This document shows, one piece after another, positions 50,678 through 62,287 of a DNA stretch of 64,000 bases; the stretch's first letter is position 1, and each line of letters starts with the position of its first letter. The DNA lies in contig MCFH01000016.1 in the NCBI GenBank assembly GCA_002104945.1, forward strand, positions 558,001-622,000, written 5' to 3'. A program made the position numbers and the translations under genes. Below the pieces are notes generated by a model, which made no database searches, was not told where the DNA came from, and saw nothing but the letters and a program-made list of their open reading frames with translations. Origin of the DNA: Piromyces finnis finn. Lineage: Eukaryota > Fungi > Neocallimastigomycota.

Positions 50678-53600
50678 ATGGATAACTCTGCTGATTTGAA
50701 GAACGGTTTTGATGGCAACCGTCGCTACCTGAAGGGATTCTTAGCCAAAATGGACATGATCTTTATGATCCATCCTGAAATAGGAAGGGACGATGGAGAA
50801 AAGGTCTTCTACGTCGTTAGTCGCCTCTACGGGGATGCAATGAATTGGGCTGCTACCTTGATTAACAACCATGATCCTTGCTTACAGGATTATGGCGCCT
50901 TTGTTGGAAAGCTGAAGGCTGCTTTTGGTTTTCAGGATATGGTCTATACTGCCAACCAAAAGCTCAAGAAGATCAAACAACATGGCCTATCCAATACTCA
51001 AGAGTATATCAAGGAATTTAACTACTATGCTGATGAATCCACTTGGAATGAACAAGCCAAGATGGATGCTTTTGTTGATGGGTTGGACGATAGAATCGCC
51101 ACCCATATCCTTCAGATGTTTCCTGGCCCTTCTACCTTGATAAACTTACAAACAATAGCCAGTCGTATAGGAAGTAGATTGGCATGCCACCAAGAGGAAA
51201 TAAACAGAAGATCCAATAGAAGTTTCCGTTCTAAACAAAGCTTCCAATCCCGCTCCTCAGAAAGATCTACAAGTAAATCCACTCAGCCCAAGAAGGAAAA
51301 TAATTTTGGCCCCATTTCAAGTGAAGAACGTAGCCGCCGAATGAAAGAGAATCTCTGCTTATATTGTGGTAAACCTGGTCACCGATTATCTGAATGCCCT
51401 ATTAGAACCAAAAAGGAAAACCATACTAATAATGCTGGGGTCCATGTTTTGAATGAACAAGAAAAATCCACTCGACTTTCGGATAACTCCTCTTTACCTC
51501 AAACTGTTATCGATGTTGATGTTGTTCTTCCATACAAATCTGTCGGAACTAAAGTTCTCTTAGATAGTGGTTCACAATTCTGTTTGATAGACCACGCCTT
51601 TGTTAAGGCCCATGAGATCCCTATAATTACCAAAGTAAAATGCCCACAAATTATAGGTATCGGAGGTCACCAAAAGATTATCGGCCAGACTTGGCCTATA
51701 ACTGTGGAACACATGAATCACTCATGCCAGTTACAATTTTACGTCGTAGAATTGCCTTCTTACTGTTGTATTCTTGGCTCTGATTGGCTGGCCCTTCACA
51801 ATCCGACAATCAATTTTGCTAGTAAGGACGTTTCCTATCATTCTGAATACTGTAAGGAAAATTGCTTAAGGAAAGAATCTGCTAGCTCTACCACTTCTGA
51901 ACTCGAAGACCAATCGAAGGACGAAATGTCAGTTGGAAATACACCTGAATACCCTTTCAATGTATTCACTTGTTTAGAAGAACCTGAAGTTGAGTCACCC
52001 CAAATTCCAATTCACTACTCTCAACACTCCAAAGTGTTCGAGGAAAGGCTCGCTGATAAACTCCCTCCTCATCGCCCGTACGACTGCGAGATCAACCTGA
52101 GACCAAATAGCAACTTGTTTTATGGTCCAATCTACCGACTTACTGAGAAAGAATCAAAGGTATTAGAAGAAACCATTAATGAAAATTTAAAAAAGGGGTT
52201 TATCCGCAAATCCAAATCGCCAGCTGGTGCTCCCGTTCTGTTTGTCCCGAAGAAGAGTGGAGAACTTCGTATGTGTATCGACTACCGCCGCTTGAACGAA
52301 ATCACCATTAGGAACTCGTACCCTCTCCCATTGATCCAAGACATGTTGGATCATCTAGGAAAAGCTAAGGTGTTCTCGAAGTTAGATCTTCGATCCGCCT
52401 ATAACTTGGTAAGAATCAAAGAAGGCGATGAATATAAGACCGCCTTCACCTGTCAATTTGGCCATTTCGAATATCTGGTAATGCCTTTCGGTCTCAAGAA
52501 CGCTCCTGCAGTCTTCCAACATTTTATTAACGACGTTCTTGAAGGCATTATCGGTAAATTCGTCTTTTCGTATATTGACGATATTATCATTTTTTCTGAT
52601 AATATAGCCGAACATCATGAACACGTCAATGAAGTCCTTCGTAGACTCGAAGAAGCCGGACTGTACGCTAAACTTGAAAAATGTCTATTCGACTCTCCTT
52701 GTCTTGACTTCCTTGGTCATAGAATCTCTGCCTCTGGTATCGGAATGGACCCTAATAAGGTGAAAGCCATTGCGGAATGGCCGACTCCTAAATCGGTCCA
52801 TGAACTACAATCTTTCCTAGGCTTAGCCAACTATTATCGTAGATTTATTCCTGGCTTTGCTAAGATTGCTCACCCACTCCACCAACTTTGCAAGAAGAAC
52901 ACCGCCTTCGTTTGGAACGATACCGCTCAAGATGCTTTTGATGCTTTGGTTAAGCATTTTATTAGTCAGCCTATCCTTGCATATCCTGATGTTGACCTAC
53001 CTTTCGTTGTCGAAACCGATGCAAGCAGCTTCGCCATAGGTGCTGTATTGTCTCAAGTCAACAAGTCCGACAATATTCTTCACCCTGTTGCGTTCTTTTC
53101 TAGATCCCTTACAAACCCGGAGAAGAACTACCCTATCTATGATAAAGAACTTTTGGCTATCGTCGCGTCCTTAGAAGTGTGGAGACATTTTTTGAAAGGT
53201 GCGAATCATCCTTTCAAAATTATATCAGACCACAGAAACCTCCTTTTTCAGAAGAAACCGGAGAAGATGACTCAGAGATTAATTAGATGGTCCCTTTTCC
53301 TTGCTGAATTCGATTTTGTCATTGAATATCGCCCTGGTTCCTCGAACGGGAAAACCGATGCCTTGTCAAGAAGACCTGACTATCTTGTTCACTCTTGCAA
53401 TTCCGATTCTAATAACTCTGTCTTTCGTCCCGAAAATTTCAGCTCCTGCTTTGCTTCATCCACTCCTTCTTCTCTTCTTGAAAAAATTGCTCTCTCTTGT
53501 AAACTTGACAAATTCTTCATTGAGACTTCTAATCAACTTCTCAATGATAATTGTTCTTCTGACTACAAACTTAGTAACAACGTCCTCCTTTTCCAAGATA

Positions 53601-54872
53601 AAATCTATGTTCCTAATGATTGCCGAGTTGAAATTCTGTCTTCTTGTCATGACTCCCCTGCTGCCGGCCATTTTGGTATTTCAAAAACTTTATCCTTGAT
53701 TTCCCGTAACTACTGGTGGCCCAAAATGTATCAGGATGTTAAGGACTATGTCCGTTCTTGTGAGGTCTGCTGTCGTTCGAAATCCTCTAGACATAAACCT
53801 TACGGGTTATTATCCACTCTTCCTTTAGGTGAACGTCCCTGGTCTTCCATTGCTATGGATTTTATCACTGACCTCCCCTCTTCTCGTGGATTTACCTGTA
53901 TCTTCGTTGTCATTGATCGATTGACAAAAATGGCTCACTTTATCCCTCTTGAAAAAGTTCCCACTGCTGAACGTGCTGCCGAAGCTTTCATTAACAACGT
54001 CTTCAAACTTCATGGATGCCCCTCCGACATTGTTCTCGACCAAGGTTCTCAGTTCACTTCAAAGTTTTGGAAGAAATTCTTTGCTACCCTCAAGATTGAT
54101 TTGAAATACTCTTCTGCTTATCACCACCAATCCAATGGCCAGACGGAGAGAGTGAACTCCGTTGTAGAACAATATCTACGCTGCTTCTCAAATTACAAAG
54201 GCACTAACTGGATCGAATACTTAAGCCTAGCTGAATTTAGTTACAATAATTCAGTTCAAGAATCTGCAAAACAAACACCCTTCTTCTTGAACTATGGTTT
54301 CCATCCTAATTTTAATCCAACAATTCCAACAACAAGTGAAGTTCCAAGAGCTGAAGAATACACAAAAGAATTAAAAGAAATTATCAGCACCCTCAAGAAA
54401 AACCTTTCGGAAGCCCAAAAGAAACAAGAACATTTCGCCAATAGACATAGACAACCAGGCCCGTCATTCAAACCAGGAGAAAAGGTATGGTTAATCAATA
54501 ATAATTTAGTTAAGGGAAATAAAAAATTCACCCCTCGGAAACTCGGTCCCTATGAAATTGAACAACAAATATCAGAAGTCTCATTTAAATTGAAACTCCC
54601 TGGTAACATGAAGATTGATCCGGTATTCCATAAATCATCTCTCGAGCCTTACTTCGAAGGGAAAAGTACAAACCGAAAAGTTCAACCTCCACCACCTGTC
54701 ATTATAAACGAAGAGGAGGAATACGAAGTAGAAGAAATTCTGGACAAAAGAAGACGCTATAACAAAACTCAGTACTTGATCAAATGGAAAGGATATCCTA
54801 TTTCAGAAGCCTCATGGGAACCCGAAGAAAATCTGAACTGTCCAGCAAAGCTAAGAGAATTCAACAAGACCC

Positions 54873-54877
<5 letters not shown>
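50678..54877 (+). CDS. Single-ORF gag-pol polyprotein: gag, CCHC knuckle, protease, RT, RNase H, integrase, chromodomain
   Basis: [33 protein letters not shown] plus [21 protein letters not shown], and C-terminal [27 protein letters not shown]. Confidence 0.96.
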
Positions 54878-54931
<54 letters not shown>

Positions 54932-55269
54932 AATAATAATAAAATTAACTAATTTTCATTAATTTTTAGACACAAATGAGGGATATTAATTTTTAGAATA
55001 AACTTAACCGATACCGTTTTGGCGAAGCTCCCATAGGGATTTACTGGACTTACAAGCGTACCAAGAACAAGTACTATCAAACGGCCATATTGGAACCTTG
55101 CCTATGAAACCTCTAGTACTTGTTGGACATACTTTAGTCTTGGCGCCAACCCGCCTTACATCAAAGTTACTCTACCAACCCCGACTTCGAACCCACAACC
55201 TTCTAGTTCATTGCCAACTACTCGACCATTGTACCACACCTTTTAATTCTCATATGAAGTCAACTGCCT

Positions 55270-55273
<4 letters not shown>

Positions 55274-55313
<40 letters not shown>

Positions 55314-55545
55314 ATTTTCATGTATAAAAGAGAGAATAAGAAAGATAAAATAGTTCTTTAGTGTTTTTATTAATAATTAATAAAAATTAGTTTTTTTTTT
55401 TGTTTCGTCTTTAGTTTGATAATACACTGACCTAGCGAGTTAGTCGTATTATAATAATAAATTTAATAAATAAACATTATTAAAAAAAATACATATATTT
55501 GATACATTAGAGTGTGTGTGTTTATTATTATAATATTTCGTTACA
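55274..55545 (+). repeat. Gypsy 3' LTR remnant (lacks the first ~125 bp of the 5' LTR)
   Basis: Matches 50335-50608 apart from homopolymer lengths. Confidence 0.88.
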
Positions 55546-55944
55546 ATTATTAAATTATTCCATAAAATTTACTCAAAAATTTTATAATCAGTTTTACTAA
55601 ATATTAATTTATTATTTAATAATTAATAATTAATTATTAAATAATCTAAAGATATATATTATATCTTTACAAAATATATGTTTATTTAAATAGAATAATA
55701 TATTAGAATATAATTATGAAAAAATATAAATACATGTAATTTTTATTTGTTAAATCGATGTAATTGTTATTTTCAATTTTTTAATTATTAACTATTATAT
55801 AGTTAATAATATTTTTAAGAGTTTAAATAAAAAATGTTTTATTTTTAAAATAAAAATTTAATGTTTTATTTTTTTATTTTTGTGTTAATAAAAATTGTTT
55901 TGTTTTAAGTATAAAATCTGTTTTAAATTTTATACTTTTACAAT

Positions 55945-58900
55945 GTGGATGAGAAGATCCTCAGAGAGATTGGTCATAATACTAGCTGTTACCAAGTATT
56001 CAAGAAGTTGAATACAAAATACGGTAACGCTAATGCAGACATCGAATACTGGCTAAAAAAGTTAAGAAAATTACATACTGAAGATGTAAGCAAAGTCAGT
56101 AAAACCATTGATAATGTCAGGGAAATCTTCCTTGAGATGTCTGAACAAAGAATGTCCTTAAGTGAAAGGGAAAAACTAAAATATATGTACAATTCCCTTC
56201 CAAGAAGTGTCAAGAACCAAGTAAGTGTAACCTTAGATGAAACTTATGATCAGCTCTATGAGAAGATCAAAAGTTACATCAACGCCAAATCCTACTTCGA
56301 AGATTGGACCAACAACGACCAAGATGAAGATGACGAAGTTGATGATCCAATGGATGTTGATTTTGTTAGTAGAGAAAACAAATCAACAAAGAATAAAAGC
56401 TACGGTAATAGAAGAAATATAAACAGAAGCCACCGTACCTACTGCCATATCTGCTGTGAACATGGACACTCTACCGAAATGTGTGAATACAACCAAAAGG
56501 CCAAAATGGAAAGGGACCAAAGAAAAAACAACAACAGGGCCTTTAACCAAAGTAAACAAAAGAGAAATTCACAACAAGGGAGGCAAGTTCACAAGAAAAA
56601 ACAACAAAAGAAATTCGAACAAGAAGTAGATTTCGTCGAAGACTATGACGATAATGAAAATTATGGAATTAACGTAGAATTCGAAGATATCAGACCTCTG
56701 ACAGAAAGAAATATCTACCTAATTGAAAAGGATGAAGTTACAGAGGAAGACACTCCTAACACAAAGGATATAGATTATGTGTATGGAGAAAATAAATACG
56801 ACGAATGGTTCTATGATACTGGTGCCGCCGAACATATCGTTAATAATAAGGACATTCTAGAGAACTTCACAGAAGAGCACATTCAACTTAGATGTGCAAA
56901 TGGAACTACATGTGAATTTAGTGGTTATGGTTCATATGAGTTTAAGGTAAAAGACAAAACTTACAAGTTAGAAAAAGTTTTGTACTCAGACAAAGTTAGC
57001 AAGAATTTAATTAGTGGTGTAGGACTTGCTAAAGTTGGTTTAAGAAGCATTATAGATATTACTGATGATGGAAAAGTCAGGCTTATTTTCAAGGACTCTG
57101 AAAATAAAAATATAATGCAAACGTATTCAAATGAATTAAATCAATTTAAAATTAAGCTCATAAACATTAATAAAAAGATAAATGAACCATTTATTGCAAA
57201 CTTTGAAGATGATTTAGGTATATGGCATAAGAGATTAGGCCATTTCTACCAGAAGGATCTGAAGAAATACCTAAAACAACATAAAATTAAAGTAACTCCT
57301 TGCCTAGACTGTAAAATATCTAAAATGAAGAAGTCTCCACATAACAAAACCGTACCCAAAGCCGGAAGAGTTCTAGAGACTATTCACTCCGATATTTCAG
57401 GCCCGTTTAATTCATCCGTCAATAATAAGAAGTATTTTATGACTATGCTGGATGAATACTCAAGAAAACTCTGGATTTATACTCTCAAGTCAAGGTCTGA
57501 GGCACCGGACATTATTATTGAATTCCTAGAGAATGCCAATAATACTTTTGACAAATATAAAGTCAAAACATTCAAGACAGATGGTGCAAAAGAGTATAAT
57601 AGTAGTAAAGTTATAAAATATTGTAAGGAAAACGGTATATCTAAGATAAATTCACCTCCTTACATACATGAATTAAATGGTAAAGCAGAAAGAATAAACC
57701 AAACTATTCAAAATTCTGCTAAAACGCTTTTATATTGGGCTAAATTATCTGAAGACTTTTGGAGTTTTGCTGTTAAATATTCTTGTTATATTTACAACAA
57801 AATACCACACCAAGGAAACGATAACTTAATTCCTGATGAAGTGTTTACGAACGAGGAAGCCGATCTAAAATACCTAAAGGTATTTGGATGCATATGCTAC
57901 TTTAAGGACTATTCTCTTAAAAAGTCAAAATTTGCGCCTAACTCGAAGGAAGGAATATTTCTTGGGTTCAGTGAAGCACACCACTCATATATCGTCATGG
58001 AGATATGTGGTGATAAACTTAAAATCCACTATTCTAGGGAAATAGAATGCTGTGAAGATAAGCCGGCACATTATAATTATAAAAATAAAAATATAAACGA
58101 TCCGTATTTCTCTTTCAATGATTCATATAATATCAATAATTACGACAGAAAGGACCCCTCAGAATCATCAAAGAACAACAACAATACGGATACAAATTCA
58201 ATCATAAATAAAGAAAATAATAACACAGAAAGGACTACTTCCAAGAAAATGGTGAATATCCACTCCAATAATAATGATGAAGAAGAAATAGAAAAAGAAG
58301 AAATAGAAAAAGAAAAAGTAGAAGAAGAAATGGTTGAAGAAGGTAATAACAACAATATGGACGAGGACCCAGCTTATGAAAATACCAAATATAAAGACGA
58401 AGAGATAACTACCAAAGAAAAAGAAGAAACTAATATAAGGACTAATATTAATTCCAAAATTGAAGAAAATTCAAAAAACAATTTAAACAGTAATTTAAAA
58501 AGCGACACTCAAACCAATAACAAAAATAATAATTCAAATTCGAAATTTAATAAAAATAAATTTACAAATGACATTTTAAAAGTTTTAGAAGAAATTGCAA
58601 ATGACAATTGCAATTTCGAAAAGAAAAATTACAAAATTTCTAATAATATTGACGAAAATAATAAATACCAATATCCTGTAACTCCTGGTCCTGATTACGT
58701 TTGTTATGGTAATACTCTTGCCGACAAAAACAAAAATGAAATCATTAAAAATCCTGAATATTATAAAAATTCTCCTACTGAATATTCTACCACCGAAAAT
58801 ATTTCCTATACCAAAAATACTGGTGAAAATACTACTGAATATCCTAATACTGATCATAGTGAAAAAAAAATTTTTATTAATAAAAATTTTTCAAAAATTC

Positions 58901-60810
58901 AAAATAAAAATGATGACATTCTATTGGATGATAAACCAAATAATCCACGTCATAATTCTAGCAAAAAATCTAACGTTACACAAGATAATTCTATCTACTC
59001 TGATAATATGGATATTAATCATAATAAAAATTTAAATTCAAAAATTTCTGATTCTCTTGATATGACACGTGATTCCCATTATTATATCTCAGATGACAAT
59101 AAATCTATGGATGATCCTGATCCAAACTTGGAAGATGAAAATGATATCATGGATGATATCATGGCCGATAAATCTGATGATTCCTACCATCCTGAAAGAA
59201 AAAGGCCTTGCAGTCCTACCCCTCTGAATAATTCCAGTACTCCTAAGAAGCACAAAAACAAATTTATAGCTACCGTTTTTACTGATGCTCCCACTACGTA
59301 CAAAGAAGCTATGTCTTGTACGAATTCTAAATATTGGAAAGCAGCCATTCAAGATGAATTAAATAATTTATATTCTAACAAAATTATGTCCCTGGTTAAA
59401 AATATCCCAAAAAACAAGAATATTATATCTACCAAATGGGTTTTTGCTGTTAAAAGGGACAGCAATAATAATATAGTACGTTTTAAAGCTAGACTTGTCG
59501 CTAGAGGTTTCCGTCAAAAACAAGGTATTGATTTTGACTTAACCTATTCCCCTACATTAAATATTGACAGTCTAAAATTTATTATTGCTATTGCTGCAAA
59601 ATTTAAGTGGGATATATATCAGCTTGATATAAAAGCTGCCTACCTCAATGCTCCATTGGATACAGACATTTATACCACAATTCCGCTTGGAGATAGCAAC
59701 TTTGGGGGAGGATACTGGAAGCTGAATAAAGCTCTCTATGGTTTAAAACAATCAGGAAGACAATGGAATAAAACAATAGATAAATTCCTGAAAAATAATA
59801 ACTTTAAACCATTAAAATCCGAACCATGTATTTATACGTTAAAAGAAAATAAATACGTAAAATGTATAATTGGTCTATATGTAGACGACATGGTTATAAT
59901 TGGAAAAACAAATACAATAGAGAGAGTAATAAGCAAAATTAAAAGTAGATTTAAAATATCAAATAGCGGCCCTATTAGTTACATTCTAGGAATAAAGATT
60001 GAAAAGAAAGGATCCAAATACATTATTTCCCAAGAGAATTACATTAATAATGTATTACAAAGATTTCATATGGAAAACGTACGTAGAAGAAATACGCCAT
60101 GTACAACAACCGACAAGAACACCTCAAATAATAACCAATTTGATAAAACAAAATATAAAAGTGCAATAGGTGCATTAATATATCTGTCAAAATGTACAAG
60201 ACCGGATATAGCGTTTGCAGTAAACAAAGCTGCAAGAAAATCTGAAAATCCAACAATATCTGACTGGAATACAATTGTAAATATTTTCAGATACATATCT
60301 ACTACCAAACATTACAAAATCGAATACAGTGGAGAAGGAAAAATACAAGGATACACTGATTCGGACTACGGAGGCGCAGAAGACTTTAAATCTACCTCTG
60401 GAGGGATAATCCTAATGGGAAATAGCCCAATATGCTGGTTATCCAAGAAACAAACTTGTGTGGCAACATCTACCGCTGAGGCTGAGTACATTAGTACGTC
60501 CATGAATACGAAGAAAATCTTATGGATCAAAAACATGGTGGACGAAATTTTTAATTACAACAAAAATATAACTTTATTCACCGACAACAAAGCAAGCAAG
60601 AAAATAATAGAAAACGGTGAAATAAACACAAAGTTAAAACACATAAATATACACTACCACTTCATTATTGACAACATAGAAAAGAACAATATAAAAATCG
60701 AATATGTAAATACTAAAGAAATGTTAGCTGACCCTCTAACTAAAGATCTACCTGGTCCAAGAATGTTTGATTATACAAATAAGATATTCTTAAAGAAAAT
60801 TCTAATTTGA
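55945..60810 (+). CDS. Copia gag-pol remainder: gag/zinc knuckle, protease, integrase, RT, RNase H (no stops or frameshifts)
   Basis: CHICCEHGHSTEMC, WFYDTGAAEH, WHKRLGH..CLDC, IHSDISGP/TDGAKEY/ELNGKAER, YVDDM, YTDSDYGG/TAEAEY/ADPLTK. Confidence 0.96.
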   Translation: MDEKILREIGHNTSCYQVFKKLNTKYGNANADIEYWLKKLRKLHTEDVSKVSKTIDNVREIFLEMSEQRMSLSEREKLKYMYNSLPRSVKNQVSVTLDETYDQLYEKIKSYINAKSYFEDWTNNDQDEDDEVDDPMDVDFVSRENKSTKNKSYGNRRNINRSHRTYCHICCEHGHSTEMCEYNQKAKMERDQRKNNNRAFNQSKQKRNSQQGRQVHKKKQQKKFEQEVDFVEDYDDNENYGINVEFEDIRPLTERNIYLIEKDEVTEEDTPNTKDIDYVYGENKYDEWFYDTGAAEHIVNNKDILENFTEEHIQLRCANGTTCEFSGYGSYEFKVKDKTYKLEKVLYSDKVSKNLISGVGLAKVGLRSIIDITDDGKVRLIFKDSENKNIMQTYSNELNQFKIKLININKKINEPFIANFEDDLGIWHKRLGHFYQKDLKKYLKQHKIKVTPCLDCKISKMKKSPHNKTVPKAGRVLETIHSDISGPFNSSVNNKKYFMTMLDEYSRKLWIYTLKSRSEAPDIIIEFLENANNTFDKYKVKTFKTDGAKEYNSSKVIKYCKENGISKINSPPYIHELNGKAERINQTIQNSAKTLLYWAKLSEDFWSFAVKYSCYIYNKIPHQGNDNLIPDEVFTNEEADLKYLKVFGCICYFKDYSLKKSKFAPNSKEGIFLGFSEAHHSYIVMEICGDKLKIHYSREIECCEDKPAHYNYKNKNINDPYFSFNDSYNINNYDRKDPSESSKNNNNTDTNSIINKENNNTERTTSKKMVNIHSNNNDEEEIEKEEIEKEKVEEEMVEEGNNNNMDEDPAYENTKYKDEEITTKEKEETNIRTNINSKIEENSKNNLNSNLKSDTQTNNKNNNSNSKFNKNKFTNDILKVLEEIANDNCNFEKKNYKISNNIDENNKYQYPVTPGPDYVCYGNTLADKNKNEIIKNPEYYKNSPTEYSTTENISYTKNTGENTTEYPNTDHSEKKIFINKNFSKIQNKNDDILLDDKPNNPRHNSSKKSNVTQDNSIYSDNMDINHNKNLNSKISDSLDMTRDSHYYISDDNKSMDDPDPNLEDENDIMDDIMADKSDDSYHPERKRPCSPTPLNNSSTPKKHKNKFIATVFTDAPTTYKEAMSCTNSKYWKAAIQDELNNLYSNKIMSLVKNIPKNKNIISTKWVFAVKRDSNNNIVRFKARLVARGFRQKQGIDFDLTYSPTLNIDSLKFIIAIAAKFKWDIYQLDIKAAYLNAPLDTDIYTTIPLGDSNFGGGYWKLNKALYGLKQSGRQWNKTIDKFLKNNNFKPLKSEPCIYTLKENKYVKCIIGLYVDDMVIIGKTNTIERVISKIKSRFKISNSGPISYILGIKIEKKGSKYIISQENYINNVLQRFHMENVRRRNTPCTTTDKNTSNNNQFDKTKYKSAIGALIYLSKCTRPDIAFAVNKAARKSENPTISDWNTIVNIFRYISTTKHYKIEYSGEGKIQGYTDSDYGGAEDFKSTSGGIILMGNSPICWLSKKQTCVATSTAEAEYISTSMNTKKILWIKNMVDEIFNYNKNITLFTDNKASKKIIENGEINTKLKHINIHYHFIIDNIEKNNIKIEYVNTKEMLADPLTKDLPGPRMFDYTNKIFLKKILI

Positions 60811-60817
60811 GGGGGAG

Positions 60818-61078
60818 TGTGAACATTTATGGACACATAATTTTATTTATTTATATCATATATTTATTACACACGTGACTATTTTATAAAAACATAAACA
60901 TGTATTAAAAGTGTTGTAAACGTAATGTCTACGTGTTGTAGAGAAAGTTATTTTTTATTTATTTTTTTATGGTCACATGACCTTACATCTCATTATATAA
61001 CTGTAATATTTACAATGTAACTTTTTCTCTTTGTTAACCTTATTAATAAAATTATTTATTAATTAAATTTATTTCACA
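60818..61078 (+). repeat. Copia 3' LTR (261 bp), preceded by a PPT
   Basis: TGTGAAC...TTTCACA, followed by TSD ATATT. Confidence 0.96.
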
Positions 61079-62244
61079 ATATTAAATATAATTCAAACTT
61101 TAATATTATATTAATTAAAATGATTAAAACTTTAATATTATCCATTTATAATATAATTGTGAAAAAAAAACAGAAAATATAAAGTATCAATAAATTCTTA
61201 ATTATGTAAAAAAAGATATGTTAAAGCATCTTTGTATAAAGAAAACGTTTAAATACAAACTAATTTTTTTATTTCCAATATTTTATTTAAACAATTCATT
61301 TTTCATTATTTTATTTCTATTTAAATTATTGATATTTATTATATGTATATATTGTTGTTGTTAATATTTTTATAGATTTGAAACTTTTAAAATTTTTATT
61401 GTGAAATATTAAATATGAAACAATTCATTTTTTGGCGTAAAATGTAACGTCTAAAATATGAAATTAATATTAATTCAAAAATCATATTTAATTAAATGAA
61501 TAATATTTATTAATAAATAAAATTTTATTATATTAAAATGCATAAAGCAAACAACCATAAAATATCAAAAAATTCTTATTATTATATATGAATCATTTAG
61601 ATTAATCAAAAAATAAAGCATTATTATAGTATATTAATATATTATTATTGATTTTAAAAAACTATTAATTCTTTTTTTTTTTTTAAAAAAAAAAATAAAA
61701 TAAATAATAATATTATAATTTTATAAAATGATTTTAATATTTTTATTGTTTTATTAGGCTAGAATATGACATATAATATAAAATATTGAAAATTTTTCAT
61801 GTATCCTATAACATAAATAATTTTTTAAGTAAATAATAATAATAAGAAGTAACAAAGTTTAAAGATATATCTTTTTAAAAATAATACTAATTGTTATATA
61901 ATATATAAAAAAAAAAAAGATAAATAGTATTTTTTTTTTAATTTTGACAAGCAAAAGAAAGAAAAGATTATTACTAGCACATCATTTATAAATTATACAT
62001 TTCTTATTGAAATAAATTTACAATAAAGTGTTTTTTATATTTTAGTCTTTTTTTATTAATTTATTTTTTTTTTTTTTTTTTTTTTGTCTTGTTTTGTTTT
62101 TGTTTTTGTTTTTTTGTATAAAAGATAATAAGTTGAATATAAATCAAAAAAAAAATAATAATAATAATAATAATAATAATATAAATAAAAAAATATTATT
62201 TTTATTTTATTTTTATTATTAATCTTTTTTTAAAACTCTGTATG

Positions 62245-62279
<35 letters not shown>

Positions 62280-62287
62280 ATTTAATT

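Larger units (their letters stand above)
50209..55545 (+). mobile_element. Ty3/gypsy chromovirus (Tf1/sushi-like) LTR retrotransposon
   Basis: TG at 50209, CA at 55545, TSD ATTAT at 50204-50208 and 55546-55550; 5' LTR 50209-50608; only the right ~270 bp is repeated at ~55274-55545. Confidence 0.93.
49542..55671 (-). mobile_element. Unit E copy 2: ~788-bp inverted copy of the same element inserted inside copy 1 (49542-50208 plus 55551-55671)
   Basis: Reverse complement of the reconstructed copy 1, including across the junction; TSD AAATA at 49537-49541 and 55672-55676. Confidence 0.85.
49015..55942 (+). mobile_element. Unit E copy 1: ~793-bp AT-rich non-coding TG..CA element (49015-49541 plus 55677-55942), solo LTR or non-autonomous element
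   Basis: Starts TGTAAAGATATAA, ends TTATACTTTTACA; TSD ATGTG at 49010-49014 and 55943-55947. Confidence 0.85.
48252..61078 (+). mobile_element. Full-length Ty1/copia LTR retrotransposon interrupted by nested insertions
   Basis: TG..CA LTRs at 48252-48508 and 60818-61078; 5-bp TSD ATATT at 48247-48251 and 61079-61083; PPT GAGGGGGAG immediately before the 3' LTR; gag-PR-IN-RT-RH domain order. Confidence 0.96.

Noticed and set aside
55175-55243. tRNA gene on the minus strand
   Set aside because: The A/B-box-like motifs are present but T-stem, anticodon stem and acceptor stem do not pair; kept only as a low-score finding.
49015-55942. A single foldback/TIR DNA transposon carrying the gypsy element
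   Set aside because: The inverted segments are interleaved (A-B-A'-B'), and the internal AAATA TSD plus junction sequence are explained exactly by two nested copies of one unit.
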